64,000 nucleotides of DNA, from positions 154,957 through 218,956 of the forward strand of contig JBBIML010000008.1 in assembly GCA_037444405.1 (NCBI GenBank). The letters are read 5' to 3'. This document shows positions 54,618 to 64,000 of this stretch, piece after piece (the stretch's first letter is position 1; each line of letters opens with the position of its first letter). The translations under genes were made by a program, and so were the position numbers. The stretch comes from Armatimonadota bacterium (GTDB lineage Bacteria; Armatimonadota; Fimbriimonadia; Fimbriimonadales; GBS-DC). A model generated the notes under the pieces. The model saw only the letters and a program-made list of their open reading frames with translations, did not search any database and was not told the DNA's origin.

Positions 54618-57002
54618 GTCGCCGGGCAGGTTCGCGGGGAAGGTGGTCGCGCCCGGCTGATGCCAGCGGTTATCGCGCCCCGACATGTCCCAGAGCAGGT
54701 CGACAGGGCGCACACCGAAACGGCTCAGGCGCGGGTCAGGGTCTTTGCCGTTCTCGCGCAGGATGTTATTGTAGATGCGGTTGCCATCCGGGAATGGCTC
54801 CACATCGAGGCGGGTGTCGCGCGGGAACAGATTGAGCAGGCTCACCACTGCAATCCCGAATGAGCCGTTGCCCACCACCTCGTTCTCGTACACCTCTGTG
54901 CGGTCGGCTGCCAGAATCATGATGCCCGTGCCCTTCAGCACATTCGCCACAATCGCGTTCGGGTCGGCGAAGTTCGGCGTGTTGTTCCCAATCACGCGAT
55001 TGCGCCGCACGACCGTCGTGTCCTGCACTTTGGACGGGTTGAACGGCAACAGGAACACGAGGATGCCGCCCGTGTTGCGGTGGACATAGTTCTCTTCCAC
55101 AAGTGCGTTCACCGAGTTCTCGATCTCGATGCCCGTTACATTTTCGAAGGCTTCGTTCTGGCGCACGATAATATTGCGCGATTGACCCACATAGATGCCC
55201 GCGTCCCTGACGCCCGACACGACACACTTTTCGACCAGCACGCCCTCGCACTCGATCGGGTAGACGCCGTACACGCCGGTGTTGTGCAGGCGCAGGTTGC
55301 GGAGGGTCACATTGCGGGCTTTATGCGCCACGACGCCGTTGCCCTGATAGTTGCGGATTTCGAGGTTCTGCACGGTGAAGTCGTTGCCGAGCGCGGCAAT
55401 CGCGTCGGGCAGGCGAGTTTTGCCGTCCAGCACAGGGCGCCTGCCGTTCTGGATCACACCTTCGATGGTGATGCCGTGATGGATGACCAGCACATTCTCG
55501 TGGTAGGTGCCGGGATAGATGCGCACGATGCCGTTGCGTCCCGCTTTGTCGACGGCTTCCTGGATGCTATCGCCCGGGCGCACTTCGACGATGCGGGCGC
55601 GAGTCGGCTGTGGGGCGGTTTGGGCGCGCGTCGTCGAGGGGCACGAGAAAGGCTGGCTTCCCGGCGAAGGCTGGCTGAACGCCATCGACAGGCGTGTGCG
55701 GCGCGATGTCGGGCTGGCATCAGCGGTGCGACGCGCGTCGGAGCGCAGCTCCTTCTGCATCGCGCGGATGCGACGCAGCTCGGGGCTGGGCAGGTTCAGG
55801 CGCGTGGGCAGATGAGGCGCCATGCGTGGCACGACCGGCAACCCCGACGGCACGCGCTCCGGAATCGTTGGCTTCGCGCTCTCGTCGGTCAGCGCCAGCA
55901 GAAAGGCAATCAGGTCGGCTTTCTCCTGCGGGGTGAGCGTGAACTTGCGAATCTTATCATCCTGCAGGGGCACATCGAGTCCGCGTCCGCGCCCGCCGCC
56001 GTTCGAGTAAAAGTCCAGCACCTCCTCCAGTGTCTGGAAGATGCCGTTGTGCATATAGGGCGCGGTGAGCGCGATATTGCGCAGGGTGGGGATTTTGAAC
56101 GCGCCGTTGGGTCCGCCGCCGCGTCCGGGTTCGGCTCCCGCTTTCGGCGCATCGGGCGGACCGTCGGGCGGATTGGGCACGCCAATCACCTTGAAGTCGC
56201 GATTGGCGAAGGTGGGCAGTCCGTGGCACTCATTACAGCGCGTTTTGGGCGACAGGAACAGCTTCAGCCCACGCTTCTCCTGCGGGGTGAGCGCGCTGCC
56301 GTCGCCCGCCGCATAGCGGTCAAAGCGCGAGTTGAAACTGACCAGCGTGCGCTCAAAGGCGGCAATCGCCCGTGCGATATTGCCGAAAGTTATCGATTCG
56401 CCGTTCTGCCCGCCGAAGGCGCGGTCGAACAGTCGCCGATATTCGGGAATGGCTTTCAACTCGCGCACCAGTGCGTCGGGGTCGGCGTTCACCTCTTCGG
56501 GCGTGGTGATGACCATGCGGGCTTGCTCCTCCAGATCGGCGGCGCGTCCGTCCCAGAACTGGCGATGGTTATAGAGCGCGTTCCAAAGGGTGGGCGCGCC
56601 GCGCGTGAGCTCGGTGCCCGCCCGGCGATGGATGCCCGCGCCCTGCGCACCCCTGCCCCGCGAGCGCGGCAACCCGTCCGAGAAGCCCAGATCGGGATGA
56701 TGGCAATGCGCACAGGAGAGCGTGTTATCGTCCGAGAGGATCGGGTCGAAAAAGAGCAGGCGTCCCAGCTCCACCTTTTCGGGCGTGGTGGGATTGTCGT
56801 CGGGCTGAACAATCGGCGGGAACGCCTTTTGCAACCCCGTGGCTGGCTCCGCCAGGTCGCTTCCGGGCGGGGCAGGCACGAGCTGCCCATTGACCACCCG
56901 CATGCCGATATAACGCGATTCGCCATCAGTCAGCGACGCCCACAGCAACAGCGTCGGCAACAACAGCACACCCGCTATCGCCTTCCCCATGCCTCTGCGC
57001 AT
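54576..57002 (-). CDS. Di-heme cytochrome c peroxidase (MauG/bCcP-like) fused to a parallel beta-helix domain
   Basis: [27 protein letters not shown] and [16 protein letters not shown] motifs, then GDSIQEAV...DAGIYVGQS...GIEIENS beta-helix repeats. Start 57002 or 56990. Confidence 0.88.
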   Translation of the reverse strand: MRRGMGKAIAGVLLLPTLLLWASLTDGESRYIGMRVVNGQLVPAPPGSDLAEPATGLQKAFPPIVQPDDNPTTPEKVELGRLLFFDPILSDDNTLSCAHCHHPDLGFSDGLPRSRGRGAQGAGIHRRAGTELTRGAPTLWNALYNHRQFWDGRAADLEEQARMVITTPEEVNADPDALVRELKAIPEYRRLFDRAFGGQNGESITFGNIARAIAAFERTLVSFNSRFDRYAAGDGSALTPQEKRGLKLFLSPKTRCNECHGLPTFANRDFKVIGVPNPPDGPPDAPKAGAEPGRGGGPNGAFKIPTLRNIALTAPYMHNGIFQTLEEVLDFYSNGGGRGRGLDVPLQDDKIRKFTLTPQEKADLIAFLLALTDESAKPTIPERVPSGLPVVPRMAPHLPTRLNLPSPELRRIRAMQKELRSDARRTADASPTSRRTRLSMAFSQPSPGSQPFSCPSTTRAQTAPQPTRARIVEVRPGDSIQEAVDKAGRNGIVRIYPGTYHENVLVIHHGITIEGVIQNGRRPVLDGKTRLPDAIAALGNDFTVQNLEIRNYQGNGVVAHKARNVTLRNLRLHNTGVYGVYPIECEGVLVEKCVVSGVRDAGIYVGQSRNIIVRQNEAFENVTGIEIENSVNALVEENYVHRNTGGILVFLLPFNPSKVQDTTVVRRNRVIGNNTPNFADPNAIVANVLKGTGIMILAADRTEVYENEVVGNGSFGIAVVSLLNLFPRDTRLDVEPFPDGNRIYNNILRENGKDPDPRLSRFGVRPVDLLWDMSGRDNRWHQPGATTFPANLPGDSLATETEPKQHNQ

Positions 57003-57065
57003 AGCGTTAAAGTGTTTCGCGCTCCCGCCCGATTCTCCTGCTGAAAGAGGGGTACACTCTGTACG

Positions 57066-57800
57066 ATGGAGTTGCGGGCTATCGGGTTCGATCTGGACGA
57101 TACGCTGTGCGTCTATATGCCAGTGGCGGTGCAGGCGCGGCGGCAAGCGTTCACGGAGCTGGTCCAGCCCCTGACGGGACTGGATCTCGACACCATCGAT
57201 CAGGCGTATCGGCAGGCGTTCTGGCAGATGATGGACGAAATCCAGCGGGAGCCGTGGCGCTCGCGCTATCTGCACAGTGGTGAGTCGACGCGCACCGAGA
57301 CGATGCGCCGCATGCTGACGCTGTTAGGGGTCCCATCCGACCGGCTCGCCGAACAGCTCAGCGCGCGCTATCTGGAGTTGCGCGAGCAGCAGTTGCAGTT
57401 GCATGACGACGCCCTGCCGGTGCTGAACGCCCTGCGCCCACACTATCGGCCGTTTCTCATCACGAACGGACCCGCGCTCGAGCAGCGGCGCGAACTGCGC
57501 CTGCTCGGGCTGGAACCCTACTTTGAGGTGGTTGCGATTGAGGGCGAGCGGGGCATCGGCAAGCCCGACCCTGCGCTCTTTCGGTGGGTTCAGCGCCAGC
57601 TGGATACGGCGCCCGCGCAGATTCTGTTCGTGGGCAACTCATGGGAGCATGATGTGAAGGGCGCATTACAGGTGGGCTGGCGCGCGGCGTGGCTCAATCG
57701 CGAGGGCGCACCCGTTCCCGAACCCGATACACCTGTGCCGATTCTGCGCTCGCTCCATGAGCTGTTGAGCCTTGTGCCTGTGCCTGTGAGCCTGCCATGA
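57066..57800 (+). CDS. HAD-family hydrolase
   Basis: FDLDDTL, ITNG, KPDP and VGNS..HD motifs. Confidence 0.92.
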   Translation: MELRAIGFDLDDTLCVYMPVAVQARRQAFTELVQPLTGLDLDTIDQAYRQAFWQMMDEIQREPWRSRYLHSGESTRTETMRRMLTLLGVPSDRLAEQLSARYLELREQQLQLHDDALPVLNALRPHYRPFLITNGPALEQRRELRLLGLEPYFEVVAIEGERGIGKPDPALFRWVQRQLDTAPAQILFVGNSWEHDVKGALQVGWRAAWLNREGAPVPEPDTPVPILRSLHELLSLVPVPVSLP

Positions 57801-58699
57801 GCCGTCCGCGCCTATTGTGCGTGCCGAACTTTTCGGAAGGTCGCGACGAGGCGACCATTCATGCGATTGCCGACGCGGCGCGCGCGGCGGGTGTGGTGAT
57901 GCATCACCTTTCGTGGGATTATGACCATCATCGGATGGTGCTGGCGTTTTCGGGCACGCCGCGCCAGGTGGCGCAGGCGGTGCTGCACGCGGCGCAGGTT
58001 GCCATCGAGCGCATCGATCTGCGCGTGCATCAGGGCGTTCACCCGCGCATCGGGGCGGTCGATGTGGTGCCGCTGACGGTGCTGGAGGGGCTGTCGCGTG
58101 AGCAGGCGGTCGCCTTCTCCCGTCGGCTGGCGCGCCGTTTCGCGCAACGCCTGCGTGTGCCCGTCTATCTGTACGAGCATTCGGCTCTCGAAGGGCGCAT
58201 CCGCGATTTGCCGACCATTCGCCAGCGCGTGAAGGCTGGCATCGAGCAATATCCACCCGATTACGGCAGGGCGCAGCTGCACCCGACAGCGGGCGCGACT
58301 GTGCTGGGTGTGCGCGACCCGCTGATTGCGTTCAACATCAACCTGCAAACGCCCGATGCGGAGCTGGCGCGGCAGATTGCCCGCCAGATTCGGCGCGAGC
58401 GGGCGACCAACCCTGACCTGCAGGGCGTGCGTGCGCTGGGCTTCTGGCTCCCCTCACGCCAGACAGCGCAGGTCTCGCTCAACCTCACCCGTCCCGACCG
58501 CACCAACCTCTATCGCGTGCTGGAGTATGTGCGCCAGCAGGCGCGAGCGCTGGGAACCGATGTGCGCGACACGGAACTGATTGGCGTGCTGCTGACCACC
58601 GATGCCGCCCGCGCCCTGCAAGCCGCCCTTAACACGGTGCCAATCGCGCCCGAACAGATTGTGCCCCATGCAGGAAACGGCGCAACGCCCGTCGAATAA
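57797..58699 (+). CDS. ftcD: Glutamate formimidoyltransferase
   Basis: CVPNFSEGRD, DHHR, HQGVHPRIGAVDVVP, HPTAGA and LIAFNINL motifs. Confidence 0.93.
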   Translation: MSRPRLLCVPNFSEGRDEATIHAIADAARAAGVVMHHLSWDYDHHRMVLAFSGTPRQVAQAVLHAAQVAIERIDLRVHQGVHPRIGAVDVVPLTVLEGLSREQAVAFSRRLARRFAQRLRVPVYLYEHSALEGRIRDLPTIRQRVKAGIEQYPPDYGRAQLHPTAGATVLGVRDPLIAFNINLQTPDAELARQIARQIRRERATNPDLQGVRALGFWLPSRQTAQVSLNLTRPDRTNLYRVLEYVRQQARALGTDVRDTELIGVLLTTDAARALQAALNTVPIAPEQIVPHAGNGATPVE

Positions 58700-58744
58700 T
58701 CACATGGCAAAATCGTTGAGTATCTGGCAATTCAGGAGGCATCG

Positions 58745-59959
58745 ATGGAAGAGCGTAATCGTATTCAGGTGATTCAGGCAGTGACGCAGCAGCTGTTCAC
58801 CGCGCTCGATTTCGAGGAGCGCCTACGCCGCATCCTGCAGGTGGCGATGCAGAGTGTGGACGCAGAAGGCGGCTCGATCCTGCTCTACGACCCGTCGCTC
58901 AAGGCGCTGGTGTTCCGCTATGTGGTGGGCGATAAGAGCCATGAACTGCAGGGCATGTCGCTCGATGTGGACGAGGGTATCGCGGGCGAAGTGTTCCGCA
59001 CGGGTCAGCCCAAACTCACGCTCGACCCTGAACATGACCCGCAACACTCGCCGCGCGTCGATATCGCGTTGCGTCATCGCACCACCAGCCTGCTGACCGT
59101 GCCGATGCGCAGCGCCGACGGCGAGATGCTGGGCGTGATGCAGCTGGTGAACCGTCGGCAGGGCGTGTTCAGCGAAGATGACCTGACGATGACCGGCATT
59201 ATCGCTGATATTGCCGCGCTGGCAATCCAGAACGCACAGCTCGCACGCGACGCCGAGTTAGCCCATTTAGCCGAAACGATGGGCACGCTGGCGCACGACA
59301 TCAAAAACAAGGTGAATGTGGTGCTGGGCTGGATTCAGACCATCGACCCCTATCTGAGCGAGATTGCGCGCGTTCATCCTGAAGCCTACATGATGATGCA
59401 GGAGGCGCTGGGTGCGATCTATGGCGCGACGACAGAGGTCTATCGCGACACCCAGCTGGTCGCCGATGCCATCCGGGGCGCCACCTCCGAAGTGAAGCTG
59501 GAGCCGCATTCGTTCGCCGAGATTGTCGAATCGCGGGTAGGCGCACTGGTGCCGCTGGCGCGGCAGAAACAGGTGACCATCAAAACCGATATTAAGCCGA
59601 CCCCGCCCGCCCTGCTGGATCGCTTCCTCATCGAGCGCATGGTGTACAACCTGCTGCATAACGCGATTGAGGCGACGCCGCCCGGTGGCGAGGTGGTGGT
59701 GCGGGCGCATCCCGAAGGCAACGGTCGGAGCAATCTCTATCTGGAGCTGGAGGTGAGCGACACGGGCGCAGGCATGCCCGCGTTCCGCGTGCGCGAGATT
59801 CTGGATGGACGCGCCACCAGCAGCAAGGCGGGCGGCACGGGGCTGGGAACCCGGATTATTCGGAGCGCGGTGCTGGCGCACAGGGGTCAGTGGGACGCCA
59901 CCAGCGCACCGGGCAAAGGCACCACCTTCCGCGTGCGCATCCCGCTGCAGCCGGCATAG
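58745..59959 (+). CDS. GAF-domain sensor histidine kinase (cytoplasmic, orphan)
   Basis: GAF domain; LAHDIKN H-box; NLLHNAIEA, DTGAG and GTGLG motifs. Confidence 0.92.
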   Translation: MEERNRIQVIQAVTQQLFTALDFEERLRRILQVAMQSVDAEGGSILLYDPSLKALVFRYVVGDKSHELQGMSLDVDEGIAGEVFRTGQPKLTLDPEHDPQHSPRVDIALRHRTTSLLTVPMRSADGEMLGVMQLVNRRQGVFSEDDLTMTGIIADIAALAIQNAQLARDAELAHLAETMGTLAHDIKNKVNVVLGWIQTIDPYLSEIARVHPEAYMMMQEALGAIYGATTEVYRDTQLVADAIRGATSEVKLEPHSFAEIVESRVGALVPLARQKQVTIKTDIKPTPPALLDRFLIERMVYNLLHNAIEATPPGGEVVVRAHPEGNGRSNLYLELEVSDTGAGMPAFRVREILDGRATSSKAGGTGLGTRIIRSAVLAHRGQWDATSAPGKGTTFRVRIPLQPA

Positions 59960-59967
59960 GCGGATTG

Positions 59968-60061
59968 CCCTCACCCCTCATCCCCCTCTCCCGACGCTGT
60001 GGGAGAGGGGGTTGAGTTATCCCTCCCCCCGTAAGCGGGGGAGAGGATACGGGTGAGGGGG
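59968..60061. repeat. Composite CCCTCACCC-family palindromic repeat (likely bidirectional terminator)
   Basis: Two inverted units framed by CCCTCACCC...GGGTGAGGG between convergent genes. Confidence 0.75.
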
Positions 60062-60067
60062 TTTGCA

Positions 60068-61900
60068 TCACTCCACCGTCACGCTCTTGGCGAGGTTGCG
60101 CGGCTGGTCGATCTCGCAGCCGCGCAGTCGCGCCACATGGTAGGCGAACAACTGCAGCACGGGGATGGTGACCAGCGGCGAGAGTTCCTCCAGCGGCGGG
60201 CGTGGCACCGTGATCGTGTAATCGGCTTCCTGCGGCAACAGCGTTTCGTCCTCATAGGTAACAAGCAGAATTGTGCCGCGTCGCGCCTTGATCTCCTTCA
60301 TGTTGCCCAGAATCTTCTCGCGGGTGCGCTCCTGCGTGGCGATAAACACGGCGACCACGCCCGGCTCCACCAGCGCGAGCGGTCCATGCTTCATCTCGCC
60401 CGCGGGGCACTCCTGCGTGGGCACATAGGCAATCTCTTTGATTTTGAGCGCGCCCTCCATCGCGACCGCCGCGTCGATCCCGCGCCCCAGATAGAACGCC
60501 AGCGGCATCGAATAGAGCTGCTCGGCAATCTGGCGAATTTGCGGCTCGGTCTCGATACTGCGCGCAATCAGCGAAGGCATCTGCATCAGCCCCCTCACAC
60601 CCTCCGTGTAGGTCTGCATCGGCAGCGTGCCGTTGATGGCGGACAGGTACAGCCCCAGCAGGTAGAGCAGGGCGACCTGCGTGCTGTAGGCTTTGGTGGA
60701 TGCCACGCAGATTTCGGGACCCGCCTGCGTGTACAGCACATGGTCGCACTCGCGGGCGATGCTGCTGCCGACCACATTCACGATGCCGAGCGTGGTGTAG
60801 CCCGCCTCGCGGCACAGGCGCAGCGCGGCGAGCGTGTCGGCGGTCTCGCCCGATTGACTGATGAAAATCGCCAGCGTGTTGGGCTGCAGGATGGGATCGC
60901 CGTAGCGAAACTCCGATGAGTAGTAGACCTCCACGGGGCGGCGCAGCCATCGCTCCAGCACATATTTGCCGATCAGTCCCGCGTGATATGCTGTGCCGCA
61001 CGCCACAATCAGCATCCGCCGAAACTTCTGCCAGTCTTCGACTTCGAGTTTGAGTTCAGGGAACTGGATGCCGCCGTTGGGCTTGAGCCGTCCGCGCAGG
61101 GTGTCGCGCACCGCTTCAGGCTGCTCCAGAATCTCCTTGATCATAAAATGTTCGTGTCCGCCCTTCTCGGCAGCCTCGGCTGACCATTCGATCTGCATGG
61201 GCGGGCGCTCCACTGGCGAGCCGTCCAGTCGGAACAGGCGCACCGAGTCGCGCGTTACCACGCCCAAATCGCCGTTCTCCAGCAGGATTACGCGCCGCGT
61301 GTAGGGCAGCAGCGCGGGGATGTCGGAGGCGATGAAGTTCTCGCCCTCGCCCAGCCCGATCACAAGGGGCGAATCGTTGCGGGCGACCACCACGCGGTCG
61401 GGATGGTCAGCAAACAGCACAGCAATCGCGTAGGAGCCGCGCACGGGTTGCAACGCGCGTCGGACGGCTTCTTCGGGCGATTCGCACAGGGGCAGCTGCT
61501 CCTCGATCAGGTGCGCCAGCACCTCAGTGTCGGTCTCGGAGCTGAATCGGTGTCCGCGTGCGCTCAGCTCCTGGCGCAGTTCCAGGTAGTTTTCGATGAT
61601 ACCGTTATGCACGACGGCGACGCGCCCCTGCTCGTCGGTGTGGGGGTGGGCGTTCGGATCGTTCGGGATGCCGTGCGTTGCCCAGCGCGTGTGGGAGACT
61701 GCCAGCCCGTGCGCTTCAACGCCGTTCAGCAGCTCGTTCAGCTGCTGGATTTTGCCCGCGCGTTTCATCACCTGTAGGCTGTCGCCGCTCCAGAAGGCGA
61801 CGCCCGCCGAATCGTAGCCCCGATATTCGAGGCGTTTCAGCGTGTCCAGCGCGACCTCTAACGGTGGTCGCGAACCGATATAACCTGTGATGCCGCACAT
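60068..61900 (-). CDS. glmS: Glutamine--fructose-6-phosphate aminotransferase
   Basis: MCGI, LEYRGYDSAG, HTRWATHG, SQSGETADT and PRNLAKSVTVE motifs. Confidence 0.98.
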   Translation of the reverse strand: MCGITGYIGSRPPLEVALDTLKRLEYRGYDSAGVAFWSGDSLQVMKRAGKIQQLNELLNGVEAHGLAVSHTRWATHGIPNDPNAHPHTDEQGRVAVVHNGIIENYLELRQELSARGHRFSSETDTEVLAHLIEEQLPLCESPEEAVRRALQPVRGSYAIAVLFADHPDRVVVARNDSPLVIGLGEGENFIASDIPALLPYTRRVILLENGDLGVVTRDSVRLFRLDGSPVERPPMQIEWSAEAAEKGGHEHFMIKEILEQPEAVRDTLRGRLKPNGGIQFPELKLEVEDWQKFRRMLIVACGTAYHAGLIGKYVLERWLRRPVEVYYSSEFRYGDPILQPNTLAIFISQSGETADTLAALRLCREAGYTTLGIVNVVGSSIARECDHVLYTQAGPEICVASTKAYSTQVALLYLLGLYLSAINGTLPMQTYTEGVRGLMQMPSLIARSIETEPQIRQIAEQLYSMPLAFYLGRGIDAAVAMEGALKIKEIAYVPTQECPAGEMKHGPLALVEPGVVAVFIATQERTREKILGNMKEIKARRGTILLVTYEDETLLPQEADYTITVPRPPLEELSPLVTIPVLQLFAYHVARLRGCEIDQPRNLAKSVTVE

Positions 61901-61960
61901 GGTCTATTCCTCGCTCGGTTCTCTCTTGATTTTGGGCAGGATGCCCAGGCTACGAATCTA

Positions 61961-62425
61961 CTATTCCTTGCCTGGCTCTTCGCTCTGAACCTCGACGGTG
62001 AGCGTTGCCTCCACGCCTGGCTCCCAGCGGATGTCGACGGTGTGTGTGCCTGTGGTGCGGATGGGATCGAGCAGTTCGATACGGCGTTTATCGACCTTGA
62101 TACCGAACTGTTGCTGGATGGCTTGCGCGATATCGGCGGCGGTGATGGCGCCAAACAGGCGGGTGGAGTTGGGCGCAGTTTTGCCGCGTAGCGTGATGGT
62201 TTGCCCGTTCAGTTGCTGGGCTGCCTGAATAGCTTGCTGGCGCAGGCGTTCGGCGCGTGCCTGCTGGAGCTTCTGCTGCTCCTGCCAGGTACGCAGGTTG
62301 CCCTCCGTGGCGGGCACTGCCAGCCCGCGCGGGATCAGATAGTTGCGGGCATAGCCACCCGCTACATTCTTCAGCTCGCCCTCTTTACCCAGATTCGGCA
62401 CATCCCGTGTCAGAATCACACGCAT
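61961..62425 (-). CDS. rplI: 50S ribosomal protein L9
   Basis: MRVIL..DV.NLGK.G..V..GYARNYLIP and LFGAIT motifs. Confidence 0.97.
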   Translation of the reverse strand: MRVILTRDVPNLGKEGELKNVAGGYARNYLIPRGLAVPATEGNLRTWQEQQKLQQARAERLRQQAIQAAQQLNGQTITLRGKTAPNSTRLFGAITAADIAQAIQQQFGIKVDKRRIELLDPIRTTGTHTVDIRWEPGVEATLTVEVQSEEPGKE

Positions 62426-62443
62426 CGGTTGACCCTCCTGTGT

Positions 62444-63871
62444 TTATCGTTCGATGCGGACGCCGAACGCTGGCTGGTTGCGGCGGAAGGGGCTTTCGAT
62501 ACCGCCCCACAACAGAATGTGTTCGGACACGCGCCAGTTCAGGCGCAGGTTGCCCTGCCAGTCGTTCGGGTCGAACATATCCAGCGTCAGCAGTCCGCGT
62601 CCGCTGAACCTATAGTCTACCCCAACGCCGGGCTTGGCGGCATACAGCCCGTAGCGCAGATGGAGCTGAGGCGAGAGGGGCGTGCCGTACTGGGCAATCA
62701 GCTTGTTGCCTTCGGTGAGGTCATACAGTCCCAGCGACACCGTACGCCGATCGCGGGTGAAGAAGGTCACCAGCACATCGGTGCGGTAGCGCTCGGTCTG
62801 CGCATTGAAGCCGAGGTCGAGGCGATAGGTGGCATCTTCGAAGCCGAGCGTGCGCAGGCTAACGGCGTTCTCCAGCGCGTTATTCACCCGCTCGAAGGTG
62901 CTTTTCGCCTGCTGGATGACCGCTCTGGATTCGGTGACGGTCTCGTTGAGGTTGCGGGTGAGTTCGGTGGCGTTCTCCAGCACGGTTTCGGTCTTATCGG
63001 CGAGGGTGCTGGCGCGTTCGCTGAGCGTGCGCAGGTTATGGGCGGTCTGGCGCACATCGTCCTGCAGTTGCGGGTCGCTGACGAGCGCGTTCACCTGCTG
63101 GAGCGCCGATTCGGCGCGTTCGGCGGCGGCGCGCGCACTGGCGAGCGTCGCCTGCAGGTCATCGCGCAGTTGCGGGTCGCTCAGCAGGCGGTTCGCGTTC
63201 TGCAGGGCGAGCCGCAGTTCGCGCGTCGCTGACGCCGCCTGACCGAGCAGCTGGCGGATGGTAGCGCGGTTCTCGGCAATAAGGCGGTCGGCTTGCGCGA
63301 GCAGGCGTGTGGTCTGCTCCGTTGCCCGCTCAACAGCGTCCAGCGTCTGAAGTAGGCTCTGGCGCAGCTGCTGGTCCTCAAGCAGGTTGCGCGCGGCGGC
63401 GAGCGTGCGGCGCAGCTCGGCTAAGGTGCGTTCCGCCTGGGGCGTGAGCCGATTGAGCGCGGCGTTGAAATCGAGCGGGTTCTCGCCCACGAGGCGCTCA
63501 TTGGGGCGCAGGTAATCGGACAGGGTGGTGGGCGGGATAATCTCCACGCGCGTTTCGGTGGGCAACAGCGTGCCACCAACAAGCCGAAAGGTGGAGCCAC
63601 GCGGGATTCTGACCGCTTCGCGGATCGCCAGCGTCAGCTCGGCGACGGGCGGCGTGCCCACCAGCGCGACATCACGCACGAAGCCGACTGGCACGCCCGC
63701 CATCAGTACCGACGCCCCCACCGACACATTGCGCGCATCGCTGAACTGAACATAGAGCCGATAGTGCCCCCGCTCCGAGAAACGCGCCTGCAGAAAGCGC
63801 AGCCCCGTTATCAGCATCGCGATGCCCAGCACCAGTATCGCGCCCACACGCGCCAGATCCGCCCGCATCAC
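62444..63871 (-). CDS. MCE/MlaD-family protein with long helical region and beta-rich C-terminus
   Basis: N-terminal TM segment; F.DA....GASV.MAGVPVG.V MCE motif; ~200 aa helical repeats; terminal amphipathic beta strands. Confidence 0.88.
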   Translation of the reverse strand: MMRADLARVGAILVLGIAMLITGLRFLQARFSERGHYRLYVQFSDARNVSVGASVLMAGVPVGFVRDVALVGTPPVAELTLAIREAVRIPRGSTFRLVGGTLLPTETRVEIIPPTTLSDYLRPNERLVGENPLDFNAALNRLTPQAERTLAELRRTLAAARNLLEDQQLRQSLLQTLDAVERATEQTTRLLAQADRLIAENRATIRQLLGQAASATRELRLALQNANRLLSDPQLRDDLQATLASARAAAERAESALQQVNALVSDPQLQDDVRQTAHNLRTLSERASTLADKTETVLENATELTRNLNETVTESRAVIQQAKSTFERVNNALENAVSLRTLGFEDATYRLDLGFNAQTERYRTDVLVTFFTRDRRTVSLGLYDLTEGNKLIAQYGTPLSPQLHLRYGLYAAKPGVGVDYRFSGRGLLTLDMFDPNDWQGNLRLNWRVSEHILLWGGIESPFRRNQPAFGVRIER

Positions 63872-63915
63872 GTTTCAATTTTCAATCCCCCACAGGTAGG
63901 CTACAGAGCAGCCCC

Positions 63916-63945
63916 ACTATACCCCATCAATGACAGTAAAGTCAA
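63916..63945 (-). promoter_or_regulatory. sigma70-type promoter of mlaD-rplI-glmS
   Basis: TTGACT(63945-63940)-N18-TATAGT(63921-63916). Confidence 0.7.
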
Positions 63946-64000
63946 GCGTTATGGAGGGCGTTCGAAAAATCCAACCAGAGGCAAGGATGCCCTTCACCCC

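Noticed and set aside
61901..61960. glmS ribozyme
   Set aside because: Only 60 nt separate rplI and glmS, with no ribozyme core motifs.
1..64000. CRISPR array, rRNA or prophage
   Set aside because: No regularly spaced direct repeats, rRNA-like sequence, cas genes or phage structural genes were seen.

Overview
A 64 kb stretch of a compact, GC-rich (roughly 60-65%, by eye) diderm bacterial chromosome. It is most plausibly a thermophilic Armatimonadota (Fimbriimonadales-like) genome; this is an inference from the C-terminal 'GDVDxNGCVDDGDLLxVLFxFG' dockerin-like tags and the gene content. Most of the window is housekeeping genes in short, shuffled units: rplJL with an L10 leader, asd, argC, ndk, trpS, icd, folK, hutI, der, mqnE, acpS, purN, deoB, nuoE, coaD, ftcD, glmS, rplI, mlaD and three tRNAs (Leu-GAG, Val-CAC, Arg-CCG). 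Many genes appear leaderless. No CRISPR array, rRNA, prophage or intact IS was seen. The most unusual items are: (1) an apparently catalytically dead IS200/IS605 Y1 transposase domain fused to a sigma70 region-4 domain and coupled to a HIT gene (24100-24846); (2) an unannotated, highly structured ~325-nt ncRNA with its own consensus promoter (42857-43182); (3) an uncharacterised four-gene DUF6754 membrane module divergent from an OPT-like transporter; (4) a small basic CC1/DUF5679-like candidate nucleoid protein; (5) a cluster of dockerin-tagged secreted beta-propeller genes showing decay (a collapsed 54-codon mini-gene and an in-frame TAG); (6) a Uma2-methyltransferase-HNH cassette; and (7) several repeat and promoter motifs. 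All family assignments are by motif recognition; no database search was run.
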